Source: Nitrospirota bacterium | GTDB lineage: Bacteria > Nitrospirota > UBA9217 | Direction: 5' to 3' | NCBI GenBank assembly: GCA_963663225.1 | Contig: OY760142.1 | Coordinates: 2,016,001-2,080,000, forward strand | DNA length: 64,000 nucleotides | Part shown: positions 32,628-42,022 of the stretch, piece after piece | Position numbering within the stretch: position 1 is the stretch's first letter | Layout: each line of letters starts with the position of its first letter | Position numbers and translations under genes: made by a program | The notes under the pieces: generated by a model | Seen by the model: only the letters and a program-made list of their open reading frames with translations | Databases searched by the model: none | What the model was told of the DNA's origin: nothing

Positions 32628-33536
32628 ATGACTATGTTAAAAAAACAGGAACTGCCAGAAAAAACACGAATGGTGCAATTGCTGGATGCACTGGCAACAG
32701 CTGAAGGCTTTACTGATTCTGTTCTCAAGGATGTTAAATTTTTGCGGGCAACCAGGCATATACTCCGGCGTCCGAGAACCCATGAACCTTGTATTGTTAT
32801 TGTCGGACAGGGGCGCAAATGCGGCTATTTAGGTGATGAAGTTTATGCATATGATTCGTACAATTACTTTGTCCTCACTCTTCCCTTGCCGTTTGAGTGC
32901 GAAACAATTGCCAGCCCCGAAGAACCCCTGCTTGCGGTATCAATTAGCATAGATCTTACCTTGCTTGGTGAATTGTTGGCTCAAATGGGCGATTATCCTG
33001 TGCCGAATAAACCGGTGCCGCGGGGGATCTATGCCACACCTCTTACCTCGGAACTTGCCAATGCAACACTTCGGCTATTGGAGTGTCTTAGTCGCCCCGC
33101 TCACAGCCACATTCTGGGGCCGCAGATTGTACGGGAAATAATATACTGGGTACTGCGCGGAAAGATGGGAGATGCCCTGCGCGCACTTGCAATCCGCCAT
33201 AGCTGCTTCAGTCAGATCGCAAAGGTTCTCAAGAAGATCCATAATGAATATCACAAAAAAATTGACATGGGATTTTTGGCCCGGGAAGCAAACATGAGCA
33301 AATCCAGCTTTCACGATAATTTCAAATCCGTTACTGCAACCACACCGCTACAGTACCTTAAAACCATCAGGCTCCATAAGGCACGCATGTTGATGGTCCA
33401 GGATGGGGTTACTGCAAGCTCTGCGGCGACGAGCGTCGGATATGAAAGTGTTTCACAATTTTCCCGGGAATTCAGACGTTTCTTCGGCAGCAGCCCCATC
33501 GTTGAAGCAAAAAGAATGAGAATAACGGGGGATTGA
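32628..33536 (+). CDS. AraC-family regulator (AraC_N/YqhC type)
   Basis: EPCIVIVGQGRK N-domain; TPLQYLKTIRL, VGYESVSQFSREFRRFFG. Confidence 0.93.
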   Translation: MTMLKKQELPEKTRMVQLLDALATAEGFTDSVLKDVKFLRATRHILRRPRTHEPCIVIVGQGRKCGYLGDEVYAYDSYNYFVLTLPLPFECETIASPEEPLLAVSISIDLTLLGELLAQMGDYPVPNKPVPRGIYATPLTSELANATLRLLECLSRPAHSHILGPQIVREIIYWVLRGKMGDALRALAIRHSCFSQIAKVLKKIHNEYHKKIDMGFLAREANMSKSSFHDNFKSVTATTPLQYLKTIRLHKARMLMVQDGVTASSAATSVGYESVSQFSREFRRFFGSSPIVEAKRMRITGD

Positions 33537-33695
33537 TACGCTGTGCTTCCGGAGTAAAATTCTTTCCTTTTCCTTTCTTAGGTTGTACCTCAGAGTATTA
33601 AAGATGTGCTTATTAAAAAATGGGTTACCGCATAAGCAGTAACCCATTGCATCTACCCGCAGCGCGTATGCGGTGCTTATAACCTCGCTGCCATC

Positions 33696-34064
33696 CTACT
33701 TGTTTTCATAATGGATATCAAACGGCTTATTGGTGATAAACAGGGCAACAACTTCAGTTTCGGCCGTGGCCCCGTGTTCCATGCGCATACCTTCAGGGAA
33801 CCAGACGAAGCTGCCAGGCCCGAGTTTATCAGCGTGAGTAACCAGAGTCCCTTCCAAGACAAACATGCCATGAGCACAGTTGTGATAATGCCATTTATTG
33901 GTAAAACCTGCGGGATAACGAACCATGCGAATGATCATGCCCGTATCGGGCTCCTGCCCTTCTTTAAGCAGCCATTTTACGTACATGGTTTTTTTTAAGG
34001 CTTCCTGGTATTTCTCTTCCCACGGCATTTCGCTTGACTTAACAACTATCATTTTCTTTTCCAT
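33696..34064 (-). CDS. Cupin-fold protein (ChrR-like cupin)
   Basis: YPAG...WHYH...VLEG...GPGSFVWFPEG...H; GGAGG RBS. Confidence 0.8.
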   Translation of the reverse strand: MEKKMIVVKSSEMPWEEKYQEALKKTMYVKWLLKEGQEPDTGMIIRMVRYPAGFTNKWHYHNCAHGMFVLEGTLVTHADKLGPGSFVWFPEGMRMEHGATAETEVVALFITNKPFDIHYENK

Positions 34065-34515
34065 AACGACCTCCTCTTTAGTGCATGATTAACGGTTTTG
34101 TATGACGTTTTATATGCAACCTAGGTGGATCGAGTTGTTTTCATGGCTGGCGGGCCAGTGATATAGAAGTCACCTCCTGTCTTTACTTGAATGCGATCCG
34201 CAGTTCTAGGCATTATTTCCGTGTCACAGGTGCTTTGAACTTACGATAAAGTATAATCGCTAAAATTATACTTATTAGTTCTTTTGAAGTTTTATAAATA
34301 TATAATAAACAGTTTAGCTTATTTGACAAGACTTGTTATTGCAGAATCTTTGCCTAATCTTCCAAATTAGTGTTTATGTCAGGGTTTTCTTCGTGTTGAA
34401 TGTGGCCGGAAACAGAAGATGGAATCGCTGAGGAAACTTCGGATGAATAAATGTGATTGAGCAGATAGGCATGTACAAGGTGCATGCTGCGTTTGCGAAG
34501 CACCCGGTTCTATCA

Positions 34516-35649
34516 TTATGTGTTCGGATGCTTCGTCGAACCGGCAATAGGTTTTCCCATAAAGAGCGCACTGGTAGTCACGCCTTTTATTGTGCTCATA
34601 AACGTGTATAGCCACAACGCGGACAGCAGCACGGTGAGAAATACGGCGTAAAACACCGTGAGAGGAGACAGATAGTACGACGCGATTTTCTGGCTGCAGA
34701 TGGTATAGGCGGCCAGAGGAAAGATAAAGGCCCACCATCCCAGATTAAAAGGAATCCCGCCTCTCCGCAGCTGATGAATGCAAATAATGACGATGATGCC
34801 GACAATCCATATTCCAAAACCCCAAATTACCGCGGCGCTCAGTAGAGAAGTGTTTATGTCGCCCAGCAGCCCCATGGTCTGGGCGTTTTTCGCCGAGTCG
34901 ATGATGGCGCTGACCGCGAGCCCGACCGCGCTCAGAAAAATTCCGAACGACGGAGTTGTTTCAGCAGGTGGAAGAGGATGGTATACAAGCCGTACGAATA
35001 TTATCGCGCTGATGAAGACAAACAGAAAAAAACCGATGCCGAGAAATGCCGTATTGGCAATAAATATGGACATGCTCCAGTCAGGCTGGTATTTATGGGC
35101 AAGTTCCAGCACGGGATTTCCATTCAACAATATCGCCATGTTAGCAATGGGGGCCATGATCCAGGAAAAATTCATCGTTTCCGGTTCAGGTGCAACGTCT
35201 TTGCTCATAAGACGGAATGTGGTGTAGAAGGTAAAGAACATCACGCCGATGATTGCTGCAATCCAGGCAATAAAGGTGAGGACAAACACCGCATACTGGA
35301 TCAGGTACTGGCTCCAGATTACATGGATGTTCGTTCCGATAATGGTGGTGGCGACTGGCATGGTGACGAAAAAATTTGTCGCTATCGGGTGATGCAGGTC
35401 CCGGCGGACATACTCGAAATATTTAAACCATCGAATCAGCCAGGGAACAAGAGCAAGAAAGTAGAGCGTCAGGGCCAGGGCCGCCAGGGCGGTGCCGGCA
35501 TACTGCAGCCATGAAATGCTGTCCTTCCACAGGAATAAAATATTGCCGAGACCGCCCGTGCCCATGATAACGGCGAACCATCCCGGCGCGAAATATTTGA
35601 TCATGTGCTTCTCATGCATGAGGAAATCCCTTTCAAGACAAGTTCGCAT
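34516..35649 (-). CDS. TDT/SLAC1-family (TehA/Mae1-like) anion or dicarboxylate transporter
   Basis: PGWFAVIMGTG, DLHHP, FNLGWWAFIFPL; about 10 TM helices; start may be 35619. Confidence 0.88.
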   Translation of the reverse strand: MRTCLERDFLMHEKHMIKYFAPGWFAVIMGTGGLGNILFLWKDSISWLQYAGTALAALALTLYFLALVPWLIRWFKYFEYVRRDLHHPIATNFFVTMPVATTIIGTNIHVIWSQYLIQYAVFVLTFIAWIAAIIGVMFFTFYTTFRLMSKDVAPEPETMNFSWIMAPIANMAILLNGNPVLELAHKYQPDWSMSIFIANTAFLGIGFFLFVFISAIIFVRLVYHPLPPAETTPSFGIFLSAVGLAVSAIIDSAKNAQTMGLLGDINTSLLSAAVIWGFGIWIVGIIVIICIHQLRRGGIPFNLGWWAFIFPLAAYTICSQKIASYYLSPLTVFYAVFLTVLLSALWLYTFMSTIKGVTTSALFMGKPIAGSTKHPNT

Positions 35650-36006
35650 AACGATTTTTATCCGGCGTATTATCTCATATTCTTTGAGAAAGTAAATAGC
35701 TGGTTTATATTTCCGGGAACCGGGTATGGCATATCCATAACGGGTTATTTAAAAGAGTGCTGGCAGGTTGACTAATTGAAATGTTCTTATTATAATATTC
35801 TATAATCCTAATGGATATGCATTCCCCCGCCGATGTCGGCTGCATGCTTGGCCCGGGGGGAGGCAACTGATAGAGCGTGCAACTGCCTGCCGCTTGTTTT
35901 TTATCGGGATTCTGATTAACAATATACGAAGTTGCATTCCTGAGAACACGCTGCTTTTTTCCACACACGAATAATACCGTACAGAGAAGTTGCTGAGGAA
36001 AAACCC

Positions 36007-39000
36007 ATGCGAAAAACCCTTTTCTTGGGAATTGATGTCGGGTCCATAACGGTCAAAACCGTCCTCCTCGACGCGGAAAAAGCCGTATGCTTCGAGGCTT
36101 ATACCAGAATCAAGGGAGATCCGCTTCGGTCGCTGGAAAGTGAACTCAGGGCCCTTTCCGCACGGTTTCCGGAGGACAGCATCTTCGCAGCCGGAATCAC
36201 GGGCAGCGGCGGCAAGCAGGTCGCTGGCGTTCTCGGCGCCGTCTTTATTAATGAAATTCTGTCGCAGTCAGCGTTTGTCGGACACTTCCATCCGGATGCC
36301 CGCAGTGTCATTGAGATGGGTGGCGAGGACGCCAAACTGATCATTCTTACCCGCAAAAAAAACTCTCCGGACGTCAACATCGAAGATTTTGCCATGAACG
36401 CCGCCTGCGCAGCGGGTACCGGTTCGTTCCTTGACCAGCAGGCTTCCCGTCTCCACCTTACCATAGAAGAGTTCAGCACTATTGCCCTCCAATCCAAAAC
36501 CCCCCCGCGCGTGGCTGGCCGGTGCAGTGTGTTTGCAAAAAGCGACATGATTCATCTTCAGCAGATTGCAACGCCGGACTACGATATCGTAGCGGGTTTG
36601 TGCTATGCCATGGCCAGGAATTTCAAGGCAACTGTGGGGCGGGGCAAAAAAATTTCCACTCCGATCCTGTTTCTCGGCGGCGTCGCCGCAAACCTTGGAA
36701 TGCGGCGGGCTTTTTGCGACATACTTGCCTTGTCCGAGCAGGACCTGATTGCACCGGAGCATTTCAACACATCTGGTGCAATCGGTGTGGCGCTCATGCT
36801 GATGCGGCAGCCTTACCGGCCGGAACAGAAGATTGTATATCAAGGCGTGGCCGCTCTTTCCCGGTTTCTCGCAGAGCATGAAAAAAACAACAACGCAAGC
36901 GGCATGAGCCCGCTGATACGGCCATGCGGCATTATGCCGAATCCGGACCAGGATACTGCGCCTGATGCGGACGCACGGATAGACGCATACCTCGGCGTGG
37001 ATGTAGGGTCTGTTTCCACAAATGTCGTTGTTATCGATGGCAGTATGCGTGTGCTGTCCAAACGGTATCTGCCGACAGCGGGAAGGCCAATAGAGGCGGT
37101 CAAACAGGGGCTGGCCGAAATAGGGGCCGAAGTAGGAACCCGGGTGAGAATTGTCGGGGCAGGAACCACGGGATCGGGAAGATATCTGACCGGGGACATG
37201 ATCGGTGCGGATGTCGTCCGGAACGAAATAACGGCACAGGCCACGGCAGCGGCTTCCATCGACCCGCTGGTGGACACGATCTTTGAGATCGGCGGCCAGG
37301 ACTCGAAATACATCAGTCTGCGGGAGGGGACTGTCGTTGACTTTGAAATGAACAAAGCCTGCGCTGCGGGCACGGGGTCTTTTCTAGAAGAGCAGGCAGA
37401 GCGGCTCGGCATCCGCATCAAACAGGAGTTTGAGAGCCAAGCGTTTCAGGCCGCATCGCCGTGCCGGTTCGGAGAACGCTGCACCGTGTTCATCGAGTCG
37501 GACCTGGTGCATGCCATGAATACCGGCGCAGACGTGCAAGAAGTGACCTCCGGACTTGCGTACTCCATAGCGTATAACTATCTTAATAAAGTGGTCGCCG
37601 GCAGGCGCGTCGGGGACCGCATATTTTTCCAGGGCGGTGTCGCCGCAAACAAAGCGGTGATCGCCGCTTTTGAGAAAATAACCGGCAAGCATATTACCGT
37701 GCCGCCGCATCACGAAGTCACGGGCGCCATCGGCGCGGCCATTCTTGCCATGCGCGAACGTTCTGAAAAAAGTGCCTTCAAGGGTTTTGATCTGAGCAAG
37801 CGCGCGTACACAGTCACGACATTCGAATGCGCCGAATGTTCGAACCGTTGCGATGTCCGGCGGGTGAGCTTTGATGGAGAGAAACCTCTTTTTTATGGAA
37901 GCCGGTGCGAAAAATACGATGTGAAGAAAAAGGCATCCTCCGAAGGCGCTGTGGTTGATCTGTTCGGTCTGCGTGAGAAACTGCTTCTCTCAACTTCGCC
38001 AAGCCCAGCTGCTCCGGACAATGCGCCGAGCATCGGCATCCCCCGCATGCTCTATGTGAACGATTATATTCCTTTCTGGCAGGTTTTTTTCAGCGAACTG
38101 GGATACCGTGTGGTTCTGTCCGAACGCACCAACCGCACCCTCATCAGCCGCGCTCTGGAAGCCACGGTGGCAGAAACCTGCTTCCCCGCAAAAGTTGCGC
38201 TTGGTCACATCCAGGATCTTCTGGATAAGCAGGTTGACATCTTGTTTCTGCCAAGCTTCATCCGTTTCCCGCCTTCACAGGACCAGTCAAAGAATGAACA
38301 GGCCTGCCCTTATGCGCAGGCATTGCCGTATATCGCCCGGACTTCCATCCGCTTCGGGAGCACAAAGACGATCGAGCCTATTCTGCATCTTCAGGACGAG
38401 CGGCATTTCAACAAAAGCATGCAAGAGTTGGGAGCAATGCTTGGAGCGGGAAAATCTGCGATAGTAAAAGCCCGGCAGCGCGCCCAGCGTGCGCAAAAGG
38501 ATTTTTCGCATGCAGTGGAGAAGCATGGCCACGATGCCCTCTCCCGTGTCAAGCCTGAAGAAAAAGTGCTTGTGCTTGTCGGTCGAAACTACAATACGTG
38601 CGATCCGGGAACGAATCTGGGTCTTCCTTCCAAGGTACGCGATCTGGGCGTACAAGCCATTCCCATGGATTTTCTGCCGCTCCATCATGTGGATCTTTCG
38701 GGCTATGAAAACATGTACTGGAGATCGGGACGAAAGATTTTGGCCGCTGCACGATTCATCCGGGAGCATCCCAATCTCTATCCCGTATATATTACGAACT
38801 TCGGGTGCGGACCGGATTCGTTCATTACCCATTTCTTTCAAAGCGAAATGGGCGATAAACCGTTTCTGCAGCTTGAAATTGACGAACACAGCGCAGATGC
38901 CGGAGCAATCACGAGAATCGAGGCGTTTCTGGACAGCCTGAAGAACTCACGAAATGACAAGGCCCGTGTTCCTTTCAGCGTATCCAAAAAAGACAATGGA

Positions 39001-40197
39001 ACGCTTCATACAAAAAAAGTGTTTTTTCCATACATGACCGATCATGCTTTTGTGCTTGCATCTGCTTTTCGCGCGTGCGGTGTAGAAGCCGAGGTGTTGC
39101 CCGAGTCTGACGAGGAGACCGTGAGGGTCGGGAGAGAATTCAGCTCGGGCCGCGAGTGCTATCCACTCACTCTCACGACCGGGGACATGATCAAGGCTAC
39201 CCGCAGGCCGGATTTTAATCCGGAAAGGACCGCTTTCTTTATGCCCACAGGAAAAGGCCCGTGCCGCTTCGGCCAGTACCACCGTTATCAGCGGCAGGTG
39301 CTCGATCGGATCGGCTTGGAGCGTGTAGAGATTATTTCACCCATGCAGGACGAGTCAATGCATAAAGACGTGCGCATACTTGACAAAGACTTTGTTCTTA
39401 TGGGATGGCGGGGGGTCTTTGCGGTGGACATGCTTCAGAAGGCGCTGTGGGAATACCGTCCGTATGAAAAGCATCCCGGCCGGTCTGACGCAGTATATCA
39501 AACAGCGCTTCAAAGGGTGCTCGACGCGATCGAGAAGCGGACGGACCTTCTACCGGTACTGCGGGAGGCCTATGAAGACTTCTCCGGCATCAGGATTTCG
39601 GATCGCACCAAACCCGTGATCGGCGTCGTGGGGGAGATCTATATCCGTTCAAACCGGTTCAGCAACGAAGACGTGGTGCGGCAGATTGAAATGCTCGGCG
39701 GTGAAGCCTGGGTGGCGCCGATGTCGGAGTGGCTGCTGTATCTGACCGCCACTGCAAAGGTGTCGGCGACGATGAACCGGTCCTGGAAGGCGCTGCTCAA
39801 AGCGTATTTGACAGGGCGGGTCCAGCACAAAGACGAACGACGCTTTCTGAACGCATTCAACGGAAATCTGCGCAGTCTGCATGAACCAAGCATCAACCAG
39901 ACACTCCGAACGGCGCGTCCCTATATTCATCATTCCTTTGAAGGCGAAGCCGTGCTGTCCGTGGGCAAGGCAATCGATTATATAAACCGCGGCGTCTCGG
40001 GAATTGTGAATGTGATGCCGTTTACCTGCATGCCGGGCACGATCGCGAGCGCGGTGCTGAAACGCGTGCAGGAGGAGCACAATAATATTCCTCTCCTGAA
40101 CATTGCATACGAAGGCCAGGGCGACTCACAGACCATTACCCGACTTGAAGCGTTCATGCACCAGGCGAAATCGTATCAGAAATCAAGGAGGGGATGA
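36007..40197 (+). CDS. Large CoA-substrate-specific enzyme activase (2x BcrAD/BadFG ATPase + DUF2229-like domains)
   Basis: Two GxDVGS...ExGGxDxK...MNxxCAAGTGSFL...RCxVF modules; ETCFPAK, CGPDSF, EIDEH, RECYP, GPCRFG, PFTCMPG. Confidence 0.9.
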   Translation: MRKTLFLGIDVGSITVKTVLLDAEKAVCFEAYTRIKGDPLRSLESELRALSARFPEDSIFAAGITGSGGKQVAGVLGAVFINEILSQSAFVGHFHPDARSVIEMGGEDAKLIILTRKKNSPDVNIEDFAMNAACAAGTGSFLDQQASRLHLTIEEFSTIALQSKTPPRVAGRCSVFAKSDMIHLQQIATPDYDIVAGLCYAMARNFKATVGRGKKISTPILFLGGVAANLGMRRAFCDILALSEQDLIAPEHFNTSGAIGVALMLMRQPYRPEQKIVYQGVAALSRFLAEHEKNNNASGMSPLIRPCGIMPNPDQDTAPDADARIDAYLGVDVGSVSTNVVVIDGSMRVLSKRYLPTAGRPIEAVKQGLAEIGAEVGTRVRIVGAGTTGSGRYLTGDMIGADVVRNEITAQATAAASIDPLVDTIFEIGGQDSKYISLREGTVVDFEMNKACAAGTGSFLEEQAERLGIRIKQEFESQAFQAASPCRFGERCTVFIESDLVHAMNTGADVQEVTSGLAYSIAYNYLNKVVAGRRVGDRIFFQGGVAANKAVIAAFEKITGKHITVPPHHEVTGAIGAAILAMRERSEKSAFKGFDLSKRAYTVTTFECAECSNRCDVRRVSFDGEKPLFYGSRCEKYDVKKKASSEGAVVDLFGLREKLLLSTSPSPAAPDNAPSIGIPRMLYVNDYIPFWQVFFSELGYRVVLSERTNRTLISRALEATVAETCFPAKVALGHIQDLLDKQVDILFLPSFIRFPPSQDQSKNEQACPYAQALPYIARTSIRFGSTKTIEPILHLQDERHFNKSMQELGAMLGAGKSAIVKARQRAQRAQKDFSHAVEKHGHDALSRVKPEEKVLVLVGRNYNTCDPGTNLGLPSKVRDLGVQAIPMDFLPLHHVDLSGYENMYWRSGRKILAAARFIREHPNLYPVYITNFGCGPDSFITHFFQSEMGDKPFLQLEIDEHSADAGAITRIEAFLDSLKNSRNDKARVPFSVSKKDNGTLHTKKVFFPYMTDHAFVLASAFRACGVEAEVLPESDEETVRVGREFSSGRECYPLTLTTGDMIKATRRPDFNPERTAFFMPTGKGPCRFGQYHRYQRQVLDRIGLERVEIISPMQDESMHKDVRILDKDFVLMGWRGVFAVDMLQKALWEYRPYEKHPGRSDAVYQTALQRVLDAIEKRTDLLPVLREAYEDFSGIRISDRTKPVIGVVGEIYIRSNRFSNEDVVRQIEMLGGEAWVAPMSEWLLYLTATAKVSATMNRSWKALLKAYLTGRVQHKDERRFLNAFNGNLRSLHEPSINQTLRTARPYIHHSFEGEAVLSVGKAIDYINRGVSGIVNVMPFTCMPGTIASAVLKRVQEEHNNIPLLNIAYEGQGDSQTITRLEAFMHQAKSYQKSRRG

Positions 40198-40512
40198 AGG
40201 GAACCCGACCTGTCTGCAAACACTGTTTTCATTAATGGCTGGTTAAAATAAAAATGAATTCGAAGATGATTGCAAAATGTAATATTCATTTGTTTTGACG
40301 TTAGGATTTATATTTTCAATCACGACAACAGGGATATCGAAAAGGACCGGACATGGACAGATTCCGTTGATTATCAACTTCGGAAAAGACAATCCGGTGT
40401 ACAGTCTGGAAGTTTCTCCTTAAAATGCAGACGATTCAGTGAAATGTTCTTCAAGTTGTTTTTTGTATAACGTAAATCTACGACAGCAGAGTAATCCGGC
40501 ATCAGCTTGCTC

Positions 40513-40540
40513 TTGACAAAATGCATTTTTGTGTTACAAT
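40513..40540 (+). promoter_or_regulatory. Near-consensus sigma70 promoter for the precursor/rSAM operon
   Basis: TTGACA-N16-TACAAT with extended -10 TG, about 85 bp upstream of ATG 40625 (RBS GAGGT). Confidence 0.7.
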
Positions 40541-40624
40541 AAATAATAAGTAATATTATTTGTCATAAACAATTAAAATTGTCAATTAAGGCTTATTGCT
40601 TTATTTGACGATAAGAGGTTTGTT

Positions 40625-41002
40625 ATGAATGACAAAATCGAAAAGCCGGAAAAATCTATTCAAAAACAGGATGCAGATATTGAAACAAAAAAAATCAACC
40701 GGCGGGAAGCCATAAAAAACATCGCCAAGACTATTGCCGTAGCAGGCGCCTGCACGATCCCTTTTCTTTTTACACAACGTGAAAGTGAGGCCGGCAACAA
40801 GCAGTTTGCGCAAAATTCCAATTACTGCAACTATGCAAACTACAGCGACTACGCGGCCTACGGGAATTATTATAACGTGGCCAACTATGCGAACTACTAT
40901 AATGTCGGCAAAGGGCTCTACCTGAACTATGCCAATTATACAAATTATCGCGACTATATAAATTACCGGAATTACGGAGATTACGCTAACAAGTGTAGAT
41001 AG
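40625..41002 (+). CDS. Putative RiPP precursor: twin-arginine-like leader + (Tyr-x-Asn/Asp)n repeat core
   Basis: KKINRREAIK, hydrophobic stretch, then SEA|G. Core: YCN YAN YSD YAA YGN YYN VAN YAN YYN VGKGL YLN YAN YTN YRD YIN YRN YGD YAN KCR. Lies 20 bp upstream of a radical SAM gene. Confidence 0.85.
   Translation: MNDKIEKPEKSIQKQDADIETKKINRREAIKNIAKTIAVAGACTIPFLFTQRESEAGNKQFAQNSNYCNYANYSDYAAYGNYYNVANYANYYNVGKGLYLNYANYTNYRDYINYRNYGDYANKCR
40823..40990 (+). repeat. 9-nt/3-aa periodic coding repeat (TAY-NNN-RAY)
   Basis: 16 Tyr-initiated triplets with mixed synonymous codons. Confidence 0.9.
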
Positions 41003-41022
41003 TTGGATGCATCCCTGATCGA

Positions 41023-42006
41023 ATGGCAAATCTTCTTCTTACTACTACGTGTGTCCGTTCCTGCCCCTACTGTTTTGCAAAAAGCGAGATGAAAGAAGCA
41101 AATCCCGGAGATGTAATGTCCTGGGAAAATCTGATTTATCTTGCTGATTTTCTGGCCCTTTCCTCGGAAAAACACATCTCTCTTCTGGGAGGAGAGCCGA
41201 CCCTTCATCCCGCTTATGTGGATTTCCTTCTGTATCTTCTTGAGCGCGGTTTTCATATAACCACATTCACCAGCGGCATTCTCTCGCAGGAGAGGCTGGA
41301 AGAGCTGAAACAGTTTATCACTCCGCTGCCCGTGGACCGTCTCAATTTTGTCTGTAATCTGAACGACCCGGAGCAAACACCGGCGCCGGAAAAAGAGCAG
41401 GCGCGGATCAGCGCGTTTCTCTCCCTGATGGGACCGTGGACCATTCCGGGATTCACCATCTACCGGACTGACTTTGATCTGAAATTCATTTTTGAAAACA
41501 TGTCCCGCTATGGCCTGCAGCGCCAGCTTCGACTCGGCATTGCCAGCCCGACTCCGGGTCATGATAACCAGTTTATCGATGTAAACCAGCATAAACAGGT
41601 TGTTGACCGCCTCTATTCTTTTAAAAAAGAAATCGAGCAATTGCGGGTACGCCCCAGCCTCGACTGCGGTTTTCCTCTCTGTGCGTTCAGCGACGAGCAA
41701 CTTGGATGGATTTACCGCCGTACGAGGCATGTGTATTTCGAGTGCGGCCCCACCATTGACATCACTCCGAACCTGGATGTTTACAATTGCTTTCCGCTTT
41801 CCCGGTTCCATAAACGGTCGATCTTTGAATTTACCACATTCAAGGAAGTCATCGATTATTACCAGAACCTGCATAACAAAGTAAGAAAAGAAATTCCCGG
41901 AATGTACGCGGAATGCGGCGCGTGTCCTCACCGGGATGAACAGCGTTGTTCCGGAGGCGGGCTCTGTAATATCATGCACCGGTTTGTTGAAAAGACCACG
42001 GTTTAA
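41023..42006 (+). CDS. Radical SAM enzyme with SPASM-like C-terminus (maturase 1)
   Basis: CVRSCPYC (CxxxCxxC), LGGEPTLHP; ECGP...DVYNCFP...ECGACPHRDEQRCSGGGLC. Confidence 0.9.
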   Translation: MANLLLTTTCVRSCPYCFAKSEMKEANPGDVMSWENLIYLADFLALSSEKHISLLGGEPTLHPAYVDFLLYLLERGFHITTFTSGILSQERLEELKQFITPLPVDRLNFVCNLNDPEQTPAPEKEQARISAFLSLMGPWTIPGFTIYRTDFDLKFIFENMSRYGLQRQLRLGIASPTPGHDNQFIDVNQHKQVVDRLYSFKKEIEQLRVRPSLDCGFPLCAFSDEQLGWIYRRTRHVYFECGPTIDITPNLDVYNCFPLSRFHKRSIFEFTTFKEVIDYYQNLHNKVRKEIPGMYAECGACPHRDEQRCSGGGLCNIMHRFVEKTTV

Positions 42007-42022
42007 GCAGGAAAAATAACGA

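Noticed and set aside
40823-40999. Periodic DNA considered as a CRISPR array or VNTR
   Set aside because: The period is 9 nt, degenerate at synonymous positions and in frame. There are no identical repeats with spacers and no cas genes.
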